Assembly (NCBI GenBank): GCA_052327205.1
Contig: CM126213.1
Location: forward strand, 117,056,001 to 117,120,000
From: Somniosus microcephalus
Taxonomy: Eukaryota
Length of the DNA: 64,000 nucleotides
Reading direction: 5' to 3'
A program made the position numbers and the translations under genes. The notes beneath the pieces are model-generated. The model saw only the letters and a list, made by a program, of their open reading frames with translations, was not told where the DNA came from and made no database searches. Shown one piece after another: positions 52,991 through 64,000 of the stretch; position 1 is the first letter of the stretch, and each line of letters opens with the position of its first letter.

Positions 52991-52994
52991 TGTG

Positions 52995-53190
52995 GACAAT
53001 TGTAGCAACTGTGTTCTTATAGCTGGCGCAGTTAAGCTATGTTCAATGGTGATGCCAAGATGTTGATAGTGGGAGGCTCAGGGATGGTGATGCTGTTGTA
53101 GGTCAAAGGGAGATAATTGGGATTTCTCTTATTGAAGATAGTCATTTCCTGGTACTTGCGTGGTGTGACCGTTACCTGCCACTCATCAGC
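52995..53190 (-). mobile_element. LINE RT C-terminal fragment from a second family
   Basis: Reverse complement translates approximately to ADEWQVTVTPRKYQEMTIFNKRNPNYLPLTYNSITIPEPPTINIL. Confidence 0.6.
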
Positions 53191-53801
53191 CTACCGGTTA
53201 GAGATTATTAGCAAAAGTGAAAGCGCAAGGAATTGGAGGTAACCTTTTGACATGGGCTGGTAAATGGTTGGAAGGTGGGAGACAGACAGGGTAAAGGAAA
53301 TGTTCACTGAGCGGTGACAAGCGGTGTTCCCCAAGGAGCTGCACTGGGGTCTCTGCTTTTCACCATATATAAATGACTTGGATGAAGGAATAGAGAGTTG
53401 TATATCCAAGTTTTCAGATGACAGTAATTTAGGAGGCATAGTAAATTGTGTAGATGTGAGTAGGAAGTTACAAAGGAATATAGACAGACTGAGTGGGCAA
53501 AACTATGGCAGATGGAGTTCAATGTTGGGAAGTGTGAGATCGTCCAGTTTGGATCAGAAAAAGACAAATCAGAATATTTTCTTAATGATGAGAGACCAGG
53601 AGCCAAGGAGGAACAAAGGAATTTAGGAGTCCGTGTGCACTAATCACTAACTGCTAGTGCACAAATTCAGAGAGTAATCAAAAAGGCTAATGGAATGTTG
53701 GCCTTTATCTCAGGAGGATGGAATTCAAAAGTGGGGGAGCGATGCTTTAATTGCACAGAGCTTTGGTCAGACTCCATCAGGAAAGATATATTGGCCTCGA
53801 G

Positions 53802-54922
53802 ATTAACCACCTCACAATGGAAGGGAGGAGTTTGCAGGTGGGGGGGGGGGGGGGGGCGGGGGGTTAAATCCTAAAAAACGGGAAACACGACCCCAACCCA
53901 GCATGTACAAGCCTGCCGACATTTTTACAGTGGCGAGTTTCGAGGCATGCAAGTGTCCCGTCTTGGAGAGGCAGGACACTTTATCAACATATTTAAATCA
54001 GGCTCCAACAGTGCAGTTGGAAGCCTTAACTGCTGCTGCGTGGGTTTCCCAAGGCTCTGGAAATCCAGCAACGCAATGGAGGTGGGAACTGCAGATTCCA
54101 GCAGGTAAGTGCCTTTTATAGCACTCCTTGTGGGCCAGGAGGAGCAGGAGTGCTCCCCCCAGTCCCTCAAGGAAGCCATCAGCCTCCATTCTCCTGCTCG
54201 CTCTTCTCTCTAGCCCTTGTTGCGATCGCTGACCTCCCCCCAACACCCGATGGCCTCTCTGTACCTCCACCAGTTGCGATCATGGCCGACCCCACCCCCG
54301 CCAGCCCTGATATGCAGCCTGCCGCCTCCCACGATCATGGCCAAAACACCCCACCCCCTCAGTCCCCATCTGCAGCCTGTTCCCTCCTGCCATCATGGCC
54401 AGCATCCCCTGCAGCTCCACTGTGCAGCTTGCTGACTCCCGCGATCATGGACGACCACCCAGTCCCGATCTGCAGCCTGCCCCCTCCCACAATCATGGCC
54501 AAACCCCCCAACCCCCAGCCCCGCTCTGCAGCCTGCCCCCTCCCACAATCATGGCCAAACCCCCCAACCCCCAGCCCCGCTCTGCAGCCTGCCCCCTCCC
54601 ACAATCATGGCCAAACCCCCCCAACCCCCAGCCCCGCTCTGCAGCCTGCCCCCTCCCACAATCATGGCCAAACCCCCCAACCCCCAGCCCCGCTCTGCAG
54701 CTTGCCCCCTCCCACAATCATGGCCAAACCCCCCAACCCCCAGCCCCGCTCTGCAGCTTGCCCCCTCCCACAATCATGGCCAAACCCCCCAACCCCCAGC
54801 CCCGCTCTGCAGCTTGCCCCCTCCCACAATCATGGCCAAACCCCCCAACCCCCAGCCCCGCTCTGCAGCCTGCTGGCTTCCCTGGGTTCTTCATCCGCTT
54901 TGGACCTCCAATGCTGCCCCGC
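53802..54922. mobile_element. GC-rich non-autonomous element inserted in the CR1, carrying a VNTR
   Basis: Non-CR1 sequence between two colinear CR1 segments; shares a 28-nt block with the MITE at 3948-4380. Confidence 0.6.
54468..54872. repeat. 56-bp minisatellite, ~7 near-perfect copies, with degenerate copies from ~54220
   Basis: aatcatggcc recurs at 54491, 54547, 54603, 54660, 54716, 54772 and 54828. Confidence 0.95.
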
Positions 54923-55759
54923 AGGTTGCATAAACTTGGCTTGTATTCACTTGAGTACAGAAGGTTGAATCAAGAAGTTTAAAATGATAGAGAGATTCGA
55001 TAGGGTAGATACAGTGAAACTATTTCATCTAGCAAGGAAATCCAGAAGAATGGGGCAAAATCTTAAAAATTAGAACTAGGCCATTTAGGAGTGAAATCAA
55101 GAAGCCCTTTTGCACACAAAGGGTTGTGGAAATCTGGAACTCTCTCCCCCAAAAGTTTGTGAATGCTGGGCCAATTGAAATTTCACAACTGAGATCGATA
55201 GACTTTTGTTAGGTAAGAGTATCAAGAGATATGGAGGAAAGGCCGATAAATGGAATTGAGGTACAGATCAGCCATGATCAAATGGCGGAACGAGCTTGAG
55301 GGCCTGAATGGCCTATTCCTGTTCCTATGTAATCTGTGGGATTGCATCATAAAAATAATCATGAAAGCTTCTGGATTGTATTAGAAACACAAATGGTTCA
55401 CTAATGCCCTTCAGAGGAGGGAACCTGTCACCCCTAAATTGTCTGGGCTACTTGCTTCCCATCCCACACTGTGGTTGACTGTTAATGCCTTCTAAAGTAG
55501 TCTGGCAAACCACCCAGTTGTAAACAATTGCTACAAAGTTCAATAATCTAATTTGCTGTTTATGGGACCTTGCTGTACATAAACATTGGCAATTTGCCTA
55601 CAAAACAGCTACTGCATTAATTATGCATCTCTTAGTATCTTCCCATTGATCTGGTTACATAAGGCTACCTTGCCTAGAGATATCGCTGGCTGAAGCCAGT
55701 TTTTAAAATAGATTTACCTTGTTTATCTAAAATGATACAAGAATATAATATTAAAAGAA

Positions 55760-56104
55760 TCCCCCGTTTTTTTCACGCTGTTTTCAAGTTGCTCAGTGAT
55801 CTCATTTCATCTTACCTTTACAGTTTTTTTCTAGCCCTACATCCCATCCTGCACCTCCACTCTTCCATCTGTGGCCTACTACAGGTCCCCCTCCCTCCGC
55901 TCTACCATTGTTAACAGTGCTTCAGCTGCCACACCCATACATTCTTGAATCCTCTTACTAAACCCTATGCGCTGCATCCCACCTTCAAACTCCATCTCTT
56001 CCAGCATGCCTTCCCAATTCCTGCTGGGTGTGCTTTGGTCTATTGTGAATTGTCTTGGATGTTAGTTCTGTGAAAGGCACATTAACATGCAAGTTGCTGC
56101 TGTT
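55760..56104 (+). mobile_element. L2-type LINE 3' tail
   Basis: Pyrimidine-rich body ending tgtgaaaggcacattaacatgcaagttgctgctg, similar to 3000-3366. Confidence 0.6.
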
Positions 56105-56829
56105 TCTTTTCCTGGCTGTGTTCTGCCCTACAGGTGTTGGATGCTGGACTTCTGATTTGGGAAGATTCCATTCCATCCTTTTCCTTCGAATTCTGGGATT
56201 CATCTTCCTGATCCAGAGACATGACAATAAGTTTGTCAAAGATATAGGGTATTATGTATATAGAATATTATGTAGTTGTTGCAATATGCCATGTAAAGTG
56301 ATATTGGTATCGATAGCATGTATGCTTGTGTAACTTGTGATTTATATTTATCCACTGTGAATGATGTGATTAAATAAATAATGTTAAAATCAATCAGTAT
56401 TTGAGGATGACTTTTTCCATATATAATGTTAAAATTAACTCTCCATTTAGCAGCAACCAGTTTTTAACCATGTGGTATTTTTCCACCTTTGTGCTATCAT
56501 TCCAGGCTCTTTTCGGCTGCTTTTAATCATTCTATTATTTAAACTTCTCAGTATCTTTGGTAATATGCAGTCCTTTATTTTTGGAGTCTCTTGTCCTAAC
56601 CATTTGTGCCCAGAAGCAGATATTTTCTTGGGAGTCCAAGGTTTTCCAGTAAGTGCTGTTCTGTCTCTATAAAACATGGCTTCGTGTAAGTTGGTTTTGG
56701 AGGCTACTTTCTACATGCCTACGTGGTCTGAATCATACTCATAAACAAAAGTTACGTGGAGCATATCCAGTTGTTAAGGTGCTAAAGTTAAATGATTTCT
56801 TAATATGTATTTATTGAATTTTTGTGCTC

Positions 56830-57995
56830 ATCAGAGTGAAGGATATCTGTATAGGAAAGTGGAACATTTTCTCTTTTTGCACCCAGAATACAAAAATTGA
56901 GATGTAATGGTAAATCTGTATAAAACCTTACTATGACCACAGTTGGAGTATTGTGTGTAGTTTTGGGCTCCATTCTATTGGAAGGATATTGAGGCAATAG
57001 AAAGGTACAGCACAAATTCACTCGGATGCTACCTGATATTAAAAATTGGGGCTGTTTTGTTAGAACAGAGGAGAAAATAGAATGATTTGATAAGGTGATT
57101 AAAATTATGGATAGATGGGACAGTTGATAGAAACAGACTTAAATTAAATCCAGTGATTGAGGGCTCCCGATGTAGGGGACATAGGTATAAAGTTAAATGT
57201 AAGAGATTGAGAACAGAAAACTGGATAAACCTTTTTACACAGAGGGTTGTGAGGCTGTGGAATACACTATAGGGATCATGGGCTACAATTTCCATGGTGG
57301 CTCCCAAGTTGCCTGCTGTAACTTAGGTGGAAGATCGACGGAAACCCTGGAGAAAGGAGTTCTTGCCTATCTTCCACTGAAGTTACAGGGGGATATTGGG
57401 AGAATCCCTGCAGGTTAACAAAGTAAAAAATTGCATTTATATCGTGCCTTTTATGACTTCGCAATATCCCAATGAAGTGTAAATGTAGTCATTGTTGTAA
57501 TTCAGAGAAAAACGGCAGCCAATTTGCACACAGCAAGGTCCCACAAGCAGCAATGCGTTAAATGACCAGATAGTCTGTTTTTGGTTGTGTTGGTTGAGGG
57601 TTAAATATTGGCCAGGACACCGGGGATAACTCCCCTGCCCTTCTTCAAATAGTGCTGTGCTTTCTTCCATGTCTGCATGAGAGAGAAGACAGGATGTCAG
57701 TTTAACATCTCATCTGAAAGATGGTACCTCAGACATAGTAGCACTTCCTCAGTACTACACTGAAGTGGAAGCCTAGATTATGTGCTCAAGTCTTTGGAGT
57801 GGGGCTTGAACACACAAACTTCTGACTCAGAGGCGAGATTACTCTCACTGACAACGGCTGACACTAGGTGCTTAAAGGAAAGAGGAATAAAGGAATATGG
57901 GAACAGGGTGGGCACATGGGATTAGGACTGCTGCTTGTGTAGAGGATAAACATCAACACAGACTGGTTGGGCTGAATGGCCTGTTCCCATGTAAT
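56830..57995 (+). mobile_element. Old CR1 LINE 3' region, split by insertions at ~57270-57863
   Basis: LYKTLL-PQLEYCV-FWAPFYWKDIEAIE-like peptide near 56915. Resumes near 57865 and ends ggttgggctgaatggcctgtt. Confidence 0.75.
57428..57863 (-). mobile_element. Deu-domain SINE (SacSINE1-like), near full length
   Basis: Tail ttgcatttatatcgtgcc, Deu core ggcagccaatttgcacacagcaaggtcccaca, and a tRNA-derived head at 57800-57863. Confidence 0.88.
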
Positions 57996-59688
57996 TCTTT
58001 TTCGTGGCAGCAGCAAGAATATGCAATTCAAACACTGTATAGCACAGTTCATATGCAGAGTAATAAGCTCCCGCCATACTGTCCAATGAAGTGCCTTCAT
58101 TCCTGATCTTAGAAGAACGTTTCCTTCTGCATCATTATAATAATTCCAGTTTCCACACCAGTCACTTGTCGTGTGATTTAGTGCTGCACTAAAATGTGGA
58201 TTTAGACTGCCCAAACTCACTTCATGTAGACCCTTTATGGCTGACACAGATAAGAAACTTTTGGCTTATTAGTTTGGTCTGAATTTGACCCACATTCCTA
58301 GAGGTGTTAGGACAGTGTGGTAATCCACTGTGTTAGTCGGTGCACAAAATTGTCTGATATCCTTTAACTCACCATTGGGTACCCTCTGTTAAGACACCAC
58401 GTGGTACATAGAAAATAATGTTTTTATTATGGTTTGTGCATATTTGTATTAAAAGAACCTGCATTCACACAGGGCAATTTCCTCTTAGATTCCACTATGT
58501 GGTTTTTCAAAGAGATTAGTGAATTTGAGAGCAATAAATAATGAAATGCTCTGAATTTTCTTTCCATTAAGTTTAGGTTTTTTCCATTACCTGTTATATT
58601 TTAAAAGAGTGGTTTTAAACAATTCAGTATAAAATATTTGCATTCACATTGCAAATTGCCTGATAAAGCCAAAATACTTATTACATTAAATTACATTTAA
58701 GGTACTGAACCAATATTGCCATAATCTCTGCTATCAAAATTATAGCACAAGAAATCATGTTCATAACGCTTCTTGTTGTACTTACAGACTGATTTGGGTA
58801 CTTGCATTTTTTTTGTAATTGTGCAATGAAGATTAATAAATAAATTCATTATGAATTGAAAGTGTACAAGACTTGAAATGTTATCAGGCCATTAAATTCC
58901 AGTGTCTTGGTATGTGCTACATGCATGCATGTGCTGAAAGAAACAGAGTTTGGTGACAGTGCTTTAGTGCTAAAATATTGATTGAAGTATAAAGTTATTA
59001 TATAGCTTCAGTATTTCATGTTTCTGTGTCCAAGATCACAATTTTGATTTCAATGGTAGAATTGCAACCAGTCATGTTGTGCCTTGGTTACTGGAGTTCA
59101 CTTTGGGGAATCAAGGTGCATAAATTCAGAAGTGGTAACAGGTGAAACCACTCTCTACAGCAGGAATTTTCTGGGGTCCATGCGGACGCGATCTGAGGCG
59201 GGTTGAGTGCAGAATTTGAAATAAGTTGGAGAGGGTCGGGAATCCGCTGTCATCCTGCCCCCACATGCCTTTCCCTCGAGCGTGTTTGCCAGTGCAGCGC
59301 TGACCCGAATGGCAGAGGCAGCGGAGCTAATTCAAATCATTATCAGCTTGTTACCAGACCCTTAAGCGCCTTTTTTAGCCTATCTTTCAAATTTCCCTGG
59401 ATGACCACAGGATTCACACAGCTCAGGAACTATACCTGTCAACCTGAAGCGGTTAGATCCAGCTGATTAGATGACAGCATAAAATGTACTATAAAAGCTC
59501 CCACCTCACATCTGATCACTTTCCTCAGGCAGAAGCTGTTGCTGACTGCATTCTCAGCACAGATTTAGCTTTCTACTGGCTATAAATGTTTGCAGCAAAG
59601 TCGCCATCCAGTCTCACCTCATTGGTAGAACTTATCACATCATTGACAGATTGCTTCTCTCATCTCTACTTGACCTGCCATCTATTCC

Positions 59689-60902
59689 ATGAGCATGGGT
59701 GCCGTTTATACTGTCTCACCTTGGTCCTCAGAATCGTACCATGATGAGCCCCAACACCAGCAGCACCAACAACACCGCCAACCTTCTCCTCAACCACCTG
59801 ATGCTGCACAGGACAGAGGGCATCAGTGCAGGGCTGCACTGTGCTGGAGGCTGTACCCCCAATACAGGGTATACAGGCAGAGGATGAGCTTCCTCAACAT
59901 GACTGAGCAGCAGTGCCAAAGGAGGCTCAGGCTATTGCGCCAGGTCATCGCAGACATTTGTACATTGCTGGAGCAAGACCTGCAGCCCAGAGGAGCAGGT
60001 GGACATGCCTTATCAGTGGCTGTCAAAGTCACCCGCACCCTCAACTTCTTTGCCTCAGGCTCCTTCCAGGGATCTGCAGCAGACATTTGCGGCATCTCAC
60101 AGTCGGCCGCCCACAGATGCATCACACAGGCCACCGATGCCCTCTTTGACAAGTCAGCCAATTATATCAACTTTGCCACTGATGAAGCCAGTGTTACTGA
60201 GTGGGCGTTCGGCTTTACCACTCTGGCTGGCTTCCCACGGGTGCAGGGCGTCTTCAACTGCACACATGTGGCCTTCAGGGCACCCCCATCATAACTCGAG
60301 AGACTTTGTCAACCGCAAGGGCTTTCACTCCCTCAATGTGCAGCTGGTCTGCAACCATAGGAAGAACATCATGCATGTTTGTGCCAAATTCCCCAGCAGC
60401 TGCCATGACTCTTTCGTCCTTCACCACCCTCTCTCAGCTCTTCACTCCCTCAAACAGACTTTCAGGCTGGCTGCTTGGAGACAAGGGCTATCCATTGAAG
60501 ACGTGGCTCATGACACCCTTGAGGAGGCCAAGTACTGAGACCGAGGAGAGGTATAATGAAAGCCACTTTTCCACCAGATGTGTCATGGAGCAGACAATAG
60601 GCATGCTCAAAATGCGCTTCAGATGCCTTGACAGATTTGGAGGAACCCTTCAGTATGCACCAGCCAGGGTCTCCAGAATTGTCGTGGTCTGCTGCGTCCT
60701 GCACAACATAGTGCAGCAGCGAGGATTAGCGCTGCATGAGGAACAAGACACTGAGCGCATAGCCTCTTCAGAGGAGAAGGATCATCAGCTGGAAGATGAG
60801 GAGTAGGAGCAGGAGGAACCTGCGGCCCAGATCCCACCAGCACCCGAGCACATTGCTGCCCGGGAGCCCAGGGATGGCCTCATCATGGCCAGATTTACTT
60901 AA
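59689..60902 (+). pseudogene. Harbinger (HARBI1-like) DDE transposase pseudogene
   Basis: Three overlapping frames give [10 protein letters not shown]...[14 protein letters not shown] / [17 protein letters not shown]...CHDSFVL / [18 protein letters not shown]...[17 protein letters not shown]...CCVLHNI. Two frameshifts (~60285, ~60420), first catalytic D reads N, probable premature TAG at 60804; AATAAA at 61150. Confidence 0.93.
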
Positions 60903-61181
60903 CTTTATGCAGTACACCTATATGGCTGCCACATGCTACACCAGGTTGGCACCACTCCACAGCAACACCATAAAGGATCCTTACAATGACCAAGCCATTC
61001 CTTTCACACTGACCACCATTGCTGGAGGTAACGTTATGTCTCACCATTCACTCCAACTCACTAAGCTACTTCCAAAAGTGCACACAAGTGGTGAAAAACA
61101 AGATTTTTATGGTTGAGATCACATTAACTGAAACTTGACATTAACATTGAATAAAACACTCAAGTGGCTACCCTTGTGAAT

Positions 61182-63485
61182 CTACTTGTGTGTCATCTTT
61201 CGCTTATGTGTGCTTCTACGAGGTGCTACCCCTGTGCTTTCAGCAGAGGTAGAGGCAGCCTGCTCACTTCCCTGCTGTGACTGCTTAGACACTCTTGGCG
61301 GACGTCCTCTAGGTTTTGGAGCCTGTGATGGCCCCGCCAAAGTCTGCGCCTCCTGCGACTGTGCAGGGGCAGACTCTGCCATCGCTGTCCGAGGAGGCAT
61401 TAGGGGCTCGGACTGAGGGGGTGGCAATGGGGGGTGAAGTGTAAACGTTTTGAGAGGAGCCCCCACTTCCATGTCCCTTCTCACCGTCATCCCTCTCGGG
61501 GGCCACCCATGCTTCCCTGCTAGCAAGGAGCTGGAGAGCACCTTGCTGCACATCAGTGGGGCCATGAGGACCCACATCTACGCTGACATCCCTCCTAGAG
61601 AGGATGTCTATGAGTCTCTGTCATCTACTCTCCATAGAAACATAGAAACATAGAAGATAGGAGCAGGAGTAGGCCATTCGGCCCTTCGAGCCTGCTCCGC
61701 CATTCAATGAGATCATGGCTGATCATCCGAATTCAGTACCCTGTCCCTGCCTTCTCCCCATATCCCTTGATCCCTTTAGCCTTAAGAAATATATCCAACT
61801 CTTTCTTGAATATATTTAATGAACTGGCCTCCACTGCCCTCTGTGGCAGAGAATTCCACAGGTTCACCACTCTCTGGGTGAAGAAATTCCTCCTCATTTC
61901 CGTCCTAAATGGCTTACCCCTTATCCTTAGACTATGACCCCTGGTTCTGGATTCCCCGGCCACCAGGAACATCCTTGCTGCATCTAGTCTGTCCAGGCCT
62001 GACAGAATTTTATAAGTTTCGATGAGATCCCCTCTCAATCTTCTAAACTCCAGTGAGTATAAGCCCAATCGACATAATCTCTCCTCATACGTCATTCCTG
62101 CCATCCCAGGTGCTCATGTGAGTGGCGCATTAGCTGCTCCATGCAGCTGGCCATCCTTTCCATGGAAGAGCCTACAGTCACCATTGCCTGTGACATGTTG
62201 GGGCATTCTCTGAACATTTGCAGACATCGCAGTCGCCAAACCTATCAGAGCCCCCTGCACTTCTTCCTGCACCTCCAGGATCGCCCTCTTTCTGGATGGC
62301 CCCAGAGGCTCAGCATCTTAATGCAGCTGAGCAGAGCTGGGAGTGTCCTGCGCCCTCTAGCAAGGAGTCTCCACTGCTGTCCCTGTCTCCACCATCTGCT
62401 CTTGCTCATTTGTGACTTGTGACAGACCAGGTGACAACACTACTCTAATCTCGTGTGGGACCCACTGAGGCATACGTCTCTGCGCTGGTGCTGGGCGCGC
62501 TTATGTTGAGTGATGATGTGCCCTCAGAGGCTGGAGGCTGCTCTGAGGAGTTGTCTTCCTCTTCCTCCTAAACAGTGGGGGGGGGGGAGGGGCGCGGATG
62601 CGGGTGGCTCTTGATGGACCTGTGGGAAAGTAAAGAGATATGTCATATGAAGAATTGGTGCAGATACCATTATGCACGTGATGACCATTCAGTGACTGAT
62701 GACATCAGTCCCCATATGAGTGACTGATGTATGCCATGTAGCTGTATGATATGTAATTCTGTCACCAGGTTGCTGAGATGCCCCCCTCTCTCCATCTCCC
62801 ACCTCCAGCTGCTCGGCGACTCCCGACTCTTCTAATGCAGCCTCCTCTGCTGTTGTGAGGGTGGCAAATGATGGAGGGCCACCTCCAGTTCTCTCTTATT
62901 GTGGGCTCTCTTTTCCTGCAAGGAAGGAAAGAAGCGAGAGTGATGTAATGAGTGTAAGGAATGAATGGGTTACATCTTTAGAGGGAGACTGTAATGGAGT
63001 GGGGTGGGAATGCCAAATGGCCTTGTGTGTTGTTAGTTGGTATGATTGCATTAGGATGAGGGTGAGTATGAGGGGTAGCTAGTAAGATGGGGATGTGATA
63101 TTGTAGATAGAGAGAGAGGGATGGGTGGAGGTGCAAGGTAAGTTGGTGTAAGTAAGGATGAGCAGGAGTAGGGTTGGGAAGGCAGAGTGATGGGGATGTG
63201 ATGAGAGGCACAGCAGGATAAAGTTGAGTGTGGCTTTGCACTCACCTTTCCTGATCGAAAGAGATCATTGAAATATATCCAGCACTGCACCCAGGCCCTC
63301 TTCACCACATCCCTGCTGTTTACCTCCTCTGCAATTTGGAGCCAGGCTCTTTTTATCTCCTGGGGAGGTCTCTTCCACCCATTTGATGGGACGAGGTCCT
63401 CCCTGCGTGCTCTGGCTGCCTCTACAGGCATATGGTTGGAGTCATCGGAGAACCTGGGTACAACCCTCTGCCTCTGTGCAGTCAT
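61182..63485 (-). pseudogene. Harbinger Myb/SANT-like DNA-binding protein gene, three exons (63485-63246, 62915-62766, 62619-61182), disrupted
   Basis: Exon 1 is 80 codons (PRFSD...RAWLQIAEEV...AWVQCWIYFNDL) ending AAG|gtgagt. Acceptors ttgcag| and ccacag|. Basic C-terminus RGRPPRV...RRSTHKRK*. Confidence 0.8.
61633..62110 (-). mobile_element. Young 5'-truncated CR1 (HER1-like) LINE nested in the Harbinger Myb gene
   Basis: Intact ORF 61733..62104 (YEERLCRLGLYSLEFRRLRGDLIETYKIL...FFTQRVVNLWNSLP) with a (catagaaa)n tail on the plus strand. Confidence 0.93.
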
Positions 63486-63931
63486 GTTTCCAAGTGTTTG
63501 GAACAATCAAAAGCTCCATTGCAGTGACTGCACACTCCTAGCTGAACCTTCAAATGCAATGTGGCCATGGCTCCTTTAAATATCCCAGCTGAAAACGCCA
63601 TGGATGATGTCATCAGACCCGCACCATTTAATAGGGCCGGGTAATGCGCAGGGCGGGCTTAATAGACCCCATTAGCGCAAAGTCAATTTCTGCAGCGGGA
63701 TGGAAGCAAAAACGGGGTAGCGACCCGCCACGGCGCCTGCCCGCACTGGATCCACCCAGGTAAAGAAAATTCCGGCCTAGATCTTTAAAGAGCAGTTTCA
63801 TCCAACTTAAAGAGCTTGGCTAAGAACTACCACACTACCAGGGATTAAAAAGACTGATCGATACAAGAGATGAAAGAAAAACCAAAAAGATAAAATCAGT
63901 ATACTTGTGTATTTATGAGGACGGGATATAG

Positions 63932-64000
63932 TGGCCCAGATTTTCCGGGACCTATGATGCGTACGCGGCTGTAAGTGCCCTGCAAGTTCCAGGTTTCTGC
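63932..64000. mobile_element. Probable left end of another Harbinger-like element running off the window
   Basis: ggcccagattttcc resembles the ggccggaattttc terminus of the adjacent Harbinger. Confidence 0.4.

Larger units (their letters stand above)
53195..55330 (+). mobile_element. CR1 LINE (RT region to 3' tail), interrupted at ~53802-54922
   Basis: SGVPQG/YINDLDEGIESCISKFSDDSNLGG (53320-53440) and RKDILALE (~53800). Resumes RLHKLGLYSLEYRR (54923) and ends ggcctgaatggcctattcctgttcctatgt. Confidence 0.88.
59158..63777. mobile_element. PIF/Harbinger DNA transposon, near complete but inactivated (~4.6 kb including a nested CR1)
   Basis: TIRs cagcaggaattttct and agaaaattccggcc enclose convergent transposase and Myb/SANT genes. 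TSD not resolved. Confidence 0.88.

Noticed and set aside
54468-54872. CRISPR-like regular repeat array
   Set aside because: Units are contiguous with no unique spacers, the context is eukaryotic, and there are no cas genes.
54150-54982. Long proline-rich ORFs (272 aa, 195 aa)
   Set aside because: They result from a stop-poor 56-bp C-rich tandem repeat; the unit is not a multiple of 3 and the same peptides cycle through all frames.
59689-60902. Host HARBI1 gene
   Set aside because: It is frameshifted, lacks a catalytic Asp, is flanked by TIRs and is paired with a Myb gene, so it is a transposon copy.

Overview
Eukaryotic DNA from a cartilaginous fish, most likely a shark; I infer this from HE1-type V-SINE, Deu-domain (SacSINE1-like) SINEs and shark-type CR1 LINEs. 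The window holds the 5' half of the TALE homeobox gene MEIS2 on the minus strand: coding exons 1-7 lie at 38825 to 24767, all with GT-AG boundaries, and encode the MEINOX/HM domain. The homeobox exons lie beyond position 1. A CpG-retaining, apparently transposon-free domain (~34-49 kb) surrounds the promoter. It contains a perfect DR5 retinoic-acid response element, a PBX-MEIS decamer and a uORF in the leader. A perfect DR2 lies in intron 7. The flanks carry many transposons: a near-complete but dead PIF/Harbinger element (transposase plus a spliced Myb/SANT gene), Harbinger- and Tigger-like MITEs, nested LINE/SINE stacks and a 56-bp VNTR. The most unusual features are (1) a 694-bp intronic foldback element with 290-bp arms, a 13-bp target-site duplication and a minimal hammerhead-ribozyme motif in each arm, and (2) MEIS2 exon 7, whose acceptor has a cUUCGg hairpin and a perfect UACUAAC branch point instead of a pyrimidine tract, and whose donor reads through into an open frame followed by AATAAA (a possible homeodomain-less isoform). 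Repeat family names come from recalled consensus features, not a database search, and repeat boundaries are approximate unless TIRs or TSDs are given.
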